Below, one piece after another: positions 38,925 through 50,649 of a DNA stretch of 64,000 nt. Within the stretch, counting starts at the first letter, position 1. Each line of letters begins with the position of its first letter. The notes beneath the pieces are model-generated. The model had not been told where the DNA came from. It did not search any database and saw nothing but the letters and a program-made list of their open reading frames with translations. A program made the translations under genes and the position numbers. This stretch comes from Mytilus trossulus. Its lineage: Eukaryota. The stretch lies in the NCBI RefSeq assembly GCF_036588685.1, contig NC_086377.1, positions 7,812,001 to 7,876,000 on the forward strand, written 5' to 3'.

Positions 38925-41900
38925 TCACAACAGTTCATTTACAATTACATTAATAGCTTGCTGGAAATCGTCAACAACTTTAAATGGCGGAGGGCTGATT
39001 TTGTCTTCATCTCCAATTCTATACTTTCCTGAATAAAAAAATTATAATAAATGTAAAACAACAATAAGGCCTTTCTCTTTATACATATATATGTTATACT
39101 TTTTTTATAAACAAGATGCTCCAAGGATGATCATGGACACATTGGTTTCAATTGGCCCTTTAATGTTGGAACATATTTGTAAAATTTATCAAAATACAAT
39201 TGATGACAGAGGATGAACAACAAAAGCAATATTAGAAACGGTGGAAAAGCAACAGAACAGCCCTTTTAATATTGTTCTTCATCTTGATATGTCAGACATT
39301 GAAAATGGATCAACCACACACTACTCACCAAAATTATAATACTGACAATAGCACCAGTTAAGACATAATTAATAGCTAACTATATCTGTATAACTCAACC
39401 TACATATTATATTTAAGCATCGAGGTACAAAGAGCACACCAGTGCTTATTATTACCTGCTCTTACCATAACACCTAGCCAACAACCTGTTCTAAGCAGAA
39501 TTCCAAGCATGTCACACTTGAATTTTACCTGTTGCAATAAGAATTCAAAGCATATCAGACTATGCGCTATGTGCTTTGCTCATTGTTGAAGACTGTACAA
39601 TTACCTATAGTTGTTAATTTCTGTGTCATTTTGGTCTCTTGAGGAGAGTTGTCTCATTGGCAATCATACCACATCTTCTTTTTTATATTCACTATCACCT
39701 GTTTAAACAAAAATTCCTAGCACTCCAATAATCAGTGTTACCTGTTCCAACTAGTATTCCTTGCAAACCAGTGTATTGTACAACCTGTTTTAACCCAATT
39801 TTCTAGCAACCCCATAACTTTTCAAAATGCCCACGGGGGTTTTGCATGCAAGATGGCTGTCTTAGTCATAAAAACCGTCAAGGGGGCTTTGAAATAGATT
39901 TGAATGTTGCTTTTTGGCTTCTTCATACTTTTATAAGTTTAAAGATATTGTAAAACTAGTTGTTTTGTTTAAATTGTGGACAAAATTGCTCTTTCAAAAT
40001 TTCAGTTTGGGAACCTCCATGGGGGAAATCCCCTGAAAAAAGTGACAGTTGGCAGGTATGCAACCCAGGTTTGTATCACTTCAGTATTACCTGTTTTTAC
40101 TAGAATTCCTAACATACCAGTCTTTTGAGCACCATTAATGTCATCTCTCACATCCTGAAATATCAAAATGTATTTAAGTTCCTTTAATCATTTTATTTTT
40201 TCTAAAAATTCAGAATTTTTTAAAATAGTAATGCCATTTCTTTTCTTCAGCAAAACAATTTTGATAAACTACCTTCAAGTTTATTTTTTTATTTGCAATG
40301 ACATACTGTTTTAACATGTTGAAATCTTCACTGTAATAAAGGGCAGGATATTGATTTATACAAAATTCTTACAAAAAATGTTTTTATTTCAATTTAGAAA
40401 AAAAGTACAAAATATCAATTAACTTTAACAACAGTGCAACAAAATTGGTGGTATTATCCCTACTAGAAAAAAAAGAACAAAGACAGACAACTGTTGTAAA
40501 ACTCTGGAGTAACTGTTGAGAATTATGAAGATATGTCTTTACCCCTACCCTGCTCCCCCCCTCCCAAATTAAAAAAAAAACCCACCAAAAACAAAACAAC
40601 ACTAACTATCTTTAAACTGATGAATTTAAAACAGGCATGTTATCCTGTTATTTAATTTCGGTTCATATTTTTGGAACCCTGTACACCCAAGTTTCAGTTA
40701 ATCTGTTTTAACTTACATCTCCAATCATAACACATTCCTCTGGTTGACTGTTGAATTCTTCCACTGATGACAGGAAGAAGCTAGCCTCAGGTTTACCTAC
40801 AATGTGTGAGGTTGTATCTGTAGCATACTCTAAAGCTGTTACAAAGGGACCTGTTAATGTAAAAGTAATAATTCATTCATTACAAAGACATGCATGCTAA
40901 ACAAAAATAGTGGTATTTTTTTAAACTTTCACTTTTCCCTAGAGGGGTGGACCTATGTTTTCTAGGAAAATGGTAGATTATTATCCCTATTGGTTAAAAC
41001 ACTGATTTTGTTTATGACTTAAGCCTACAAATGTTGTTATTTTTTCTGATCTAAAACAACCTCTAAGTTTGTCTAAATCTGCACTGGCCTATGATTTAAT
41101 ACAGCACTTAAGTTTCACTGCTTGCCAATAATGAAAAATAGACAAGAGTGTTGTAATTTATTTCGAACTTTCCTGTGTAAAACATATTAAATACAAGAGG
41201 CTCTAAAGAGCCTGTGCCACTCACATACATGTTAAAAAACTACTGTGTGGTAAAAGAAACATTAAAGGGTGATAACTCAAATAAGAATTTAACTGATGAT
41301 TTTTACAAGATTGTAGATCTTGTCTTGCTGTTTATTCAATTTTAAAGTTTCTCCTTATTTTTTAATCTTCAGACTTTTATTTGTTTGTGAGTGAGTTGGT
41401 CGAGTTTATGCACCAATAAATTCCTTTAAAAGGGCATGTAATCCCATAATAATCTTAATAAATCATATGAATAGTATTCCACAATCAGCAGTTTTAAAAC
41501 ATGTTGTTGTAACACCATTGTATCCTTTAAAATTGAATAGAAAATATTCAAAAAGATAAAATAAAAGATAAAAAAGAATGTGTCCATAGTACACGGATGC
41601 CCCACTGGCACTATAATTTTCCAAGTTGATTGGACGTCTGACAAAAACTTCATCAAAAACTACTTTGACTAAAAACTTTAACCTGAAACAGAATGAACGG
41701 AAGCACGGTACAACCAACCCCAGACAGACAGACGAACAAACATACGGACTAACAGAAAACATCATTCCCCTCTACTATCTTAGGTTGGGCATAAAAAAAT
41801 AAGATGTAGTATGATTGCCCATAAGACAAGAGGGGTATCAGGGCCAATTGTATCCCATTTTCATGCCCTTACTTTATCATATTATGTTTTAGTACTTTCT

Positions 41901-44900
41901 TTAGTATTTTTGAGTTGACTATGTTAAATACCTGGTCCTAGAGCTAGTTCGTCTGTCTTTTTATAATATCTGGCTTTGTGGATAGCTATCAAAGGGCATC
42001 CATCTTGGATCAATCTGTAAAAAAATGTAAACACAGTTTAATTGTTAAGCTCATGAATGATACAAATAATATTTCTCTAATTCTTCGTCAATTTATCCCT
42101 TTCTGCAAAGATTGTATAAAAAAAATTTAATCTCAGTTCTTCATTGGTTAAAATCTAATTATGACGTCAAGTTTTCTTGTTTTCCTCTGAATTTCCTATT
42201 GTGACGGCACATAGAAAGTACGCATCTTTTTGCAGATCATTCGAAAAGAAGGAATACTTTTGCCTGCATATTGTTTGAAAATCATTAGAGAAACAGATTC
42301 TACCACCAAATCTTGTGTAATATGATATTTATCCACTCTCGACTGTTAAATTTTAAATATTTAAAATTTAATTGTCTCGAGTGGATAAATATCCTATCAC
42401 GCTCTATGCAGTGGTAGAATCTATATTTACAGCATAAGAGGTCATCTAAATTTGAACTTTCTTTCTGATACTAAAATTTTCACATACATATAAAAATTGA
42501 AAATTTTCACATACATATAAAAATTGCTAATTCTATAAGTTCTTTTAAAAAAGTAACAACTATATTATTGAGGAATCAATACCATTTATAGCATGGCATA
42601 TGACATAAACTCTGTTTGTTATTGTAAACCTTCAGCAGGGGCGGTTCAAGCCATTTAAAAAAAGAGGGGTCCCAACCCAGGTCAAATGGGGGGGTTCCAA
42701 CTATATGTCCCCATTCAAATGCATTGATCGGCCAAAAAACAAGAGGCTCTCAAGAGCCTGAATCGCTCACCTTAATTCTTTTGGTTAAATCTCTCAATGA
42801 TTATTAAATGTTTTTTGGATCGTCCTATTTTCTTCAAAAGCCAAAAAAAATAATCATTTTCTCCTATGTTCTATTTTAGCCATAGGAGCTATGTTTCTTG
42901 ACATACAAGGAAATAAAATATAAAATTTATACTAGATACTCTGAAACTCATTTAGCCTAAGTTTGGCTGAAATTGATACAGCAGTTTCAAAGGAGAAGAT
43001 TTTTTAAAGTAAGTCAACATGATGAACAAATTGTGAAAAAAAAGTCTTTAAAGGGCAATAACTCCTTAAGGGGTCAATTGACAATTTTGGTCAAATTATT
43101 TCTATCAATAATTATATTCAAGATAATAAACAAAAACAGCAAAATTTCCTTAAAATTATCAATTCAGGGGCAGCAACCCAACGCAGTGATTAGTAAAATT
43201 TAACGACTCGTTTAATTTAACGACAAGTTGAACAACAGACCCCAGGTTGTCTGATTCATCTGAAAATTTCAGGGCAGATAGATCTTGACCTGATAAACAA
43301 TATTTCCCACGTCAGATTTGCTCTAAATGCTTTGGTTTTTTAGTTATAAGCCAAAAACTGCATTTGACCCCTATGTTCTATTTTTAGCAATGGCGACCAT
43401 GTTTGTTTATAGATCAAAACTTTAGATACAATTTACTAACTAGATACCATAAGGAACATTCAGTTAAAGTTTGGAAGTATTTGGCCCAGTAGCTTCAGAG
43501 GAGAAGATTTTTGTAAAAGATTACTAAGATTTACGAAAAATGGTTAAAAATTGACTATAAAGGGCAATAACTCCCAAAGGGGTCAACTGACCATTTCCGT
43601 CATGTTGACTTATTTGTAAATCTTACTTTGCTGAACATTATTCCTGTTTACAGTTTATCTCTATCTATAATAATATTCAAGATAATAACCAAAAACAGCA
43701 AAATTTCGTTAAAATTACCAATTCAGGGGCAGCAACCCAACAACAGATTGTCTGATTCATCTGAAAATTTCAGGGCAGATAGATCTTGACCTGATAAACA
43801 ATAATACCCCTTGTCAGATTTGCTCTAAATGCTTTGGTTTTTGAGTTATAAGCCAAAAACTGCATTCGACCCCCATGTTCTATTTTTAGCAATGGCGACC
43901 ATGTTTGTTGATAGATCACAACTTAGGATACAATTTACAAACAAGATACCCTAAGGAACATTCAGTTAAAGTTTGGAAGTATTTGGCCCAGTAGTTTCAG
44001 AGGAGAAGATTTTTGTAAAAGATAACTAAGATTTACGAAAAATGGTTAAAAATTGACTATAAAGGGCAATAACTCCTAAAGGGGTCAACTGACCATTTCC
44101 GTCATGTTGACTTATTTGTAAATCTTACTTTGCTGAACATTATTCCTGTTTACAGTTTATCTCTATCTATAATAATATTCAAGATAATAACCAAAATCAG
44201 CAAAATTTCGTTAAAATTACCAATTCAGGGGCAGCAACCCAACAACGGGTTGTCTGATTCATCTGAAAATTTCAGGGCAGATAGATCTTGACCTGATAAA
44301 CAATAATACCCCTTGTCAGATTGCTCTAAATGCTTTGGTTTTTGAGTTATAAGCCAAAAACTGCATTTGACCCCTATGTTCTATTTTTAGCAATGGCGAC
44401 CATGTTTGTTGATTGATCACAACTTCGGATACAATTTACAAACTAGATACCCTAAGGAACATTCAGTTAAAGTTTGGAAGTATTTGGCCCAGTAGTTTCA
44501 GAGGAGAAGATTTTTGTAAAAGATAACTAAGATTTACGAAAAATTGTTAAAAATTGACTATAAAGGGCAATAACTCCTAAAGGGGTCAACTGACCATTTC
44601 CGTCATGTTGACTTATTTGTAAATCTTACTTTGCTGAACATTATTCCTGTTTACAGTTTATCTCTATCTATAATAATATTCAAGATAATAACCAAAAACA
44701 GCAAAATTTCGTTAAAATTACCAATTCAGGGGCAGCAACCCAACAACGGGTTGTCTGATTCATCTGAAAATTTCAGGGCAGACAGATCTTTACCTGATAA
44801 ACAATATTACCCCCATGTCAGATTTGCTCTAAATGCTTTGGTTTTTGAGTTATAAGCCAAAAACTGCATTTGACCCCTATGTTCTATTTTTAGCAATGGC

Positions 44901-47900
44901 GACCATGTTTGTTGATAGATCACAACTTCATATACAATTTATAAATTAGATACCATAAGGAACATTCAGTTAAAGTTTGAAAGTATTTGGCCCAGTAGTT
45001 TCAGAGGAGAAGATTCTTGAAATAGTTTACGACGACATACGACAGACGACGGACGACGGAAGACGACGGACGCCAAGTGATGGCATAAGCTCACTTGTCC
45101 CTTCGGGACAGGTGAGCTAAAAAGGGGGGTTCCAACCACTGGAACCTCCCCTGGAACTGCCAATGTTCAGTCTTTTCCGTATGTGTTTGATGTTTTGTGT
45201 TGTTGGTGCGCTGTTTCTTTGACATATACCCAGTATATTTTTTCATGTTTTGTGTTTATCAACACTTAAGTAATTTGAAATGCGCACACAAAGCATGAAT
45301 TATATTTGTTACTATTTTTTCAGAACACTGTACTAAATTTAACCTATAGTCAATCAAGTTATTTTTCTTTGAACCTGTAAAAAAACATATAAAAATGTAG
45401 AATATAATATACATGTCAAGTGACATGATAATTCACGTGTAATACACGCTTTTTCAATGGTTTACATGCGTATTCAATATATAGTATGTTTCTGGTACCT
45501 ACCTGAAGGCTGTATTCATTGTCTTGTAGTTAAACTTATCAGGTGCCAGCCCAATTAACACAGCATTGGGATTGTCTGTTTGTATTCCTAAAATAAATTA
45601 TGTCTATTTGTTATAAGGGGAATAACTCAACTTTCTATAATAAAGTAAAGCATTAGTAACAGCCTTAAAATTATTTTTTGAAGTGGGATCTGAAGTCCAT
45701 TTCTTTTTTGTGCACTACCATAAAGCACAATGCATGTGTATAATGTATTAGGTACAAGGAATTATGTGCAGAACTGCATTGTAAAAACATTTCTTCAACT
45801 TCTGTTGGTGAACTTTTTATTTTCAAATAATATACAGTTTATTTTGTTTAGGGGCCAGCTGAAGGAAGCCTCCGGGAGCTGGAATTTCTTGTTGCATTGA
45901 AGACCTGTTGGCGACTTTCTGCTGTTGTTTTCTCTATGGTCAGGGTTGTTGACTCTTTGATACATTCCCTTTTTTCCATTCTCAATTTTAGTTTCCCTAA
46001 GGATATTGTTTTCTCATGACCATATGAATTATCTGGCATTTCTAAATACTTTTGTATTGATGGATTTATAATTTATATACTGTGGATTCATTATTATTCG
46101 TTGGATACCAATTTATGTGGGTTTCGTGGGTACAGGTGAACCACGAAATCAAATGTTCAACGAAACACATATTTTAATAGGCATTGTATACAGAGATTGC
46201 CAAAACCATGAAATCAAATATCCACCAATATGCTAGTTTTCCACAATCCACTAAAATTGATACCCACCAAAATAAATGAATCCACAGTACTGTAGTGGTT
46301 GCTCTCAGAGTCTGTAAACTTACAAGTTTTGCCAAAGATGTGACTTGGTGATAATCACAATAATAAAAACTTTCATTCAATATTTAATGCACATAAAATT
46401 ATGCAGATTTTCCTGAAATAGTAATAAAGGAGTAGGTTCAGTAAGACCCCTTTTTGGCCCAAAAATATAGCAGTTTTTCAAAATTGTGAAAATATAATCT
46501 TTTAGCTATTAACTGGAAAGAAGAATGCTTCTGCTACATAAATATGAGCTGTTTTTACAATGAAATGCAAATATATCCTGTACTAGCATCATCAAGTCAT
46601 GCTAAATTACTCAAATCTTCACAATTTTAGCAGTTTAGTTAAATTTTAGACGGTTTTCTTCTTAAATGAAAGTGGCCACATTCATGTTCATTCATAATAT
46701 TTAAACATAAGTTGTATTTGATGATAATACATACATGACATATATAAAGGTTGAAGATGAACAGCAGCTACTTTTATTTTTGACAAAAAGTGACTGAAAA
46801 GTGAGTTATTTTTGGCATATTTGATAGATTTTTCATATTTAAGCTTGAATCGGAGCGTTTTAAATGACTTAATCAGTTACAATCTTTCACATAAACTAAT
46901 TGAATCAGTTAAAATAGACACTTGTTTAAAAAGTGTTCAAAATCTTTCGTTAGATGAACCTGAAATTTGAGGCCAAAATTGGCCCTTACTGGACCCACTC
47001 CTTTGCATTATTGTACTTTCTTCAAAAAGCGCAATTATTATAATAAATGCATGCAATAATTTCAAAATTTACAGCATCCCTTTTTTATGTATAAATTTAA
47101 CATTAGGGAATTTTCTTGATCCAATCACTGCTTTTGCTAACAATTAACTACATTTACCTTCAAAATCTTCCAATGCTCTATCATCCACTATCATTAACGG
47201 TCTCAAATCTCTCTTCTCTATAAGATGTCGTGCTGCTGTCAGTGAGGTGAATATCTCATTTGGTTTGATGTTGAACCCTATACCAGTTAGTCTATTCAGT
47301 AAACATGTCTTTGATTCTTTGGTTGTGTTCGTCACAAATTTAATATTTACATTCTGGCTTCTTAATCTGTAACAATGAAACATTTTATGTTAGTATTGTG
47401 GCTTTTTTAATATAACATCCTCATATTATTATGAGACAGATTTTATCCATTAGATCACCAGTGATGGTGATTCAAGGCTGAAATACATTCTGTATATAAT
47501 ATATAATTTGTCTTAATATCAGTCCAAGGCAACAATGTTTCATCTGTAAATTGCTGGCCGGGATTTGTTTCATTCATGATGTCACTAATAGTACTCACTT
47601 TGATTTTTTACCCTTAAAATTTCATTGATTCTTGGCCATTGTTGGACAGGAAACAAACAGAGCATAGACAAATAACATCTTTTAAAATGATGTTTGTATT
47701 AATCTTAAGAAGACATTTTACATGACCTACTTGAATATTTAGTTTGTCGAAGCCTTCATTCTGTTTCTTAATCTAAATTTGGTTGAAACCAGATTTAATC
47801 CAACTGATTTTGTCAAATTTCTCCAAAATCTCAAACATTTATTGTGACCTATTTCCAGAGGCAGATTTAGAGGGTTTTTCAATCCCCCCCCTCTTTTTGT

Positions 47901-50311
47901 GGGAAAAAAATTGGTTGATTATAAAGGGAATAACTGAAGCAGGCCAGAATATTTCTGGATCCACCACTGACAATGACTGATTTCAGATGTAAAAATCAAC
48001 ACTTTAGCATGTTAAGAATATTACTTTGACACTCACAAATCTCCATTCAAGGTGTAAAAACTTACATTACTTAGTTAAATCACAGGTATTTGGGGAATGG
48101 ACCCCCCTTTTTCTTGGACCTCACTAAAATAAAATTTTGGCGTTTTTTTTATTCATTTACAATTTTCTACAATGTATAAACATATATCAAGTCTCAACAA
48201 TCCATTGCTAGTCGATTACAATATTTTTTTTACTATCCATATGAGCCCCAAGTGAAAAAAGAAGCTTCTTTTTTCACTTGGGGCTCGTATGGATAGTAAA
48301 AAATTATTGTAATCGACTAGCAATGGATTGTTGAAGCTTCTTTTTTCACTTGGGGCTCGTATGGATAGTAAAAAAATTATTGTAATCGACTAGCAATGGA
48401 TTGTTGAAGCTTCTTTTTTCACTTGGGGCTCGTATGGATAGTAAAAAAATTATTGTAATCGACTAGCAATGGATTGTTGAGACTTGATATATGTTTATAC
48501 ATTGTAGAAAATTGTAAATGAATAAAAAAAACGCCAAAATTTTATTTTAGTGAGGTCCAAAAAAAAGGGGGGTCCATTCCCCAAATACCTGTGAGTTAAA
48601 TATAGTCCGAGTTTACTCTGATGTTCAACTGCTGTTTTGCCAGACAAGCTGGTGTAGTGGTTCCAAAGCCGTTAGTTGGCTCCAGAATCGACAATGCAGT
48701 GCATCTACTTTGGACAGGCAAATATCCACTTTTTGAAATGGGACAAGCTCTGACGTACCATGCCCCAGCTATTTGGCAAAACAGCTGTTGGATGTCAGAT
48801 CCGTCAGAGTTTAAATCTCTGACCATGCTGACTATCAGTAAGTTGAAGAAAGAAGGCAGAAATATTTTTTATAGCCGATAGATCCAGGGGCGGATTTAGG
48901 CGGGGGCGTGGCGGGCGTGCGCCCCCACTAAAATTTTCAAAGCATGGGTTGTCTTTAACCTATTAATGTATTAGAAGAGACCATTCTATCTTTTTTAACA
49001 TTCAAAGTATATAAAACAGTTCGTTTAACAGAAACAACTGATTACTAATAAGCCCTAATCACCTAACCTGCGATTTATTTAAGTTCTCTAAATATTATAT
49101 ACTTAAAAGGAAGGTGTCAAACATTTTGCCAACTTCTGTACCGTATTACATGCATGGGATTCCCAGAAAATAAACATATTAACTTCGTAAATGCATCTCA
49201 TTCTGATTTGAGTGGTTTGTGGCAAACACAGTATATATAAAGTCTGGCACGACCTCTGAAAATCAAAAAAGTAAAAACCGATATTATGATAGCGATAATT
49301 AAAAATCACGGAGAAAAGTGGAAATTTTCGTTTGCAAAATCTTATACTATAGTATTGGTCAGGTGAGCTGTTGTGATCTATCTCGTCTCACTTTGCTGCC
49401 GTCGGTCAGCCCTTCATTACACTTTGTTGAAACCATCTATACAATTGGCTTAGACACATTGACGACGTGCAAATAAGGGTTATTTATTGTTGTGATGTTT
49501 CTGTATTTCTTTTGTCACAACTACCAGCACCATGTCTTTCAAGGATTAGTTGATATATTTATAACCTTAAATTGCTATATAGATCTTTTTACAACAAGTG
49601 CTTGTGTTTTGATTGTTGATTGCTTTGCAGAGGAACATAAAATCAAGATAAATGTTCGCATGATCTTCAGCTTTTTTTTTTCTTTTTTTTTGGCTTCAGC
49701 TTTATTAACTCGTATATATATATGAAATATGAATCTCTGAGTGCGTAAGTAAGGGGTGCTAGATTATTGTTGTAGATTTTTCTAATTTGAAGTAGACCTT
49801 GCCATCATAACTCCAAGGTTCTTCACGAAAAAGGGACATATTGTTATACATCTGTACGTCCATCCGTCAGTCAGTCACTAGTGATTGTAGATTGTTGTCA
49901 GAGTGGATTTGGGCGGCTTCTGCTTGAAACTTTAATTTCTCTCTAATTTTATCTCACAATAGTTGGAATATTGCATCCCTATAGAAGAATATTTCAATAA
50001 TTTAACCTCAAAATTTTTCGCCTCGCTCCGCTCGGCAAAATAAAAATTCAGCCCCCCCTAATCTCAAATCCTGGATCCGCCCCTGAGATCTATGTAAAGT
50101 TTAACCTGTAATAGATGGTGAGTGATTGCATCTAGCAACCTCTAGTATATAAAATGTATAAAACCTACAGAATTGAAGGATTTTCGTATAAGTTAACCAG
50201 AGAAACTTTTTACCTCTTGAGAGAATCTTTTGAATTATGAATTTCCTGGTCATCAATGTGAATTGTCCCACTAAGATCAATTAACACAGTCTTTATCTTA
50301 TTTCCTGACAT
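38925..50311 (-). CDS. HDHD2: Haloacid dehalogenase-like hydrolase domain-containing protein 2 (7 exons, 258 aa)
   Basis: Exons 50311-50214, 47366-47158, 45587-45503, 42014-41932, 40850-40717, 40154-40091, 39028-38925; 777 nt, phases consistent. Motifs: [10 protein letters not shown] (HAD motif I as in HDHD2), [84 protein letters not shown]. Confidence 0.93.
39450..39815 (-). repeat. About six degenerate tandem copies (mostly ~43 bp apart) of the HDHD2 exon 6 3' end plus splice donor
   Basis: acctgtt...(g)aattcc(t)a.ca units at ~39453, 39482, 39526, 39695, 39739 and 39781 resemble the true junction at 40088-40122. Confidence 0.65.
42295..42422. repeat. Imperfect palindrome (foldback MITE-like)
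   Basis: agattctaccac..atatttatccactc / gagtggataaatat..gtggtagaatct. Confidence 0.65.
42739..45120 (+). mobile_element. Helentron-associated element carrying a ~502-bp tandem array (about 4 units), inserted in a MITE within HDHD2 intron 3
   Basis: Unit marker aagggcaataactcc at 43051, 43560, 44062, 44563. 5' hairpin aggctctcaagagcct, subterminal gctcac/gtgagc inverted motif, (GACG)n tract, 3' hairpin tgtcccttcgggaca, A-rich insertion site. Confidence 0.8.
46426..47004. mobile_element. Non-autonomous TIR element (Kolobok-like termini; superfamily uncertain)
   Basis: Imperfect TIRs aaaggagtaggttcagtaag / cttactggacccactccttt. Confidence 0.6.
48081..48593. mobile_element. Foldback DNA transposon derivative with ~185-bp arms, 8-bp TSD and a triplicated inner right arm
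   Basis: Ends CACAGG...CCTGTG; TSD agttaaat at 48073-48080 and 48594-48601; palindrome centre aagctt at 48262-48267; a ~73-bp unit occurs three times on the right. Confidence 0.9.
48885..50085. mobile_element. ~1.2-kb non-autonomous TIR element in HDHD2 intron 1
   Basis: Termini caggggcggat / atccgcccctg, with agatc directly repeated on both flanks (48880-48884, 50086-50090). Confidence 0.55.
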
Positions 50312-50649
50312 CGTCCTAATACATTTGTTTGTCTTTAACGAACCAAATTTGATACATTTCTTCAACAACAGCATGCGAAAATGTGTGTCCTTGTCAAAAT
50401 GAAAGTGAAAGTGAAAGTAAAAGTATGAAATGTGCCGGAACAACGACGGAGCGACTGAGGAATATCCGTGTATTGAACTTATTTAACATTTAAAAACGAA
50501 ACGTGTTGTTCTGAAAAATCAGTATCTCGGTTATAATACACAAATAAAGCCTCTTACTACCCATTTTTCCTGTCCAGCATATAGGGGTGGCGGAAATTAA
50601 TACAATGCCAATGAAAACTAGAACCATTTACCAGCTAATACATGTAACA

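Noticed and set aside
48596-48881. Overlapping ORFs in HDHD2 intron 1
   Set aside because: No recognisable domain and not needed for the complete HDHD2 reading frame.
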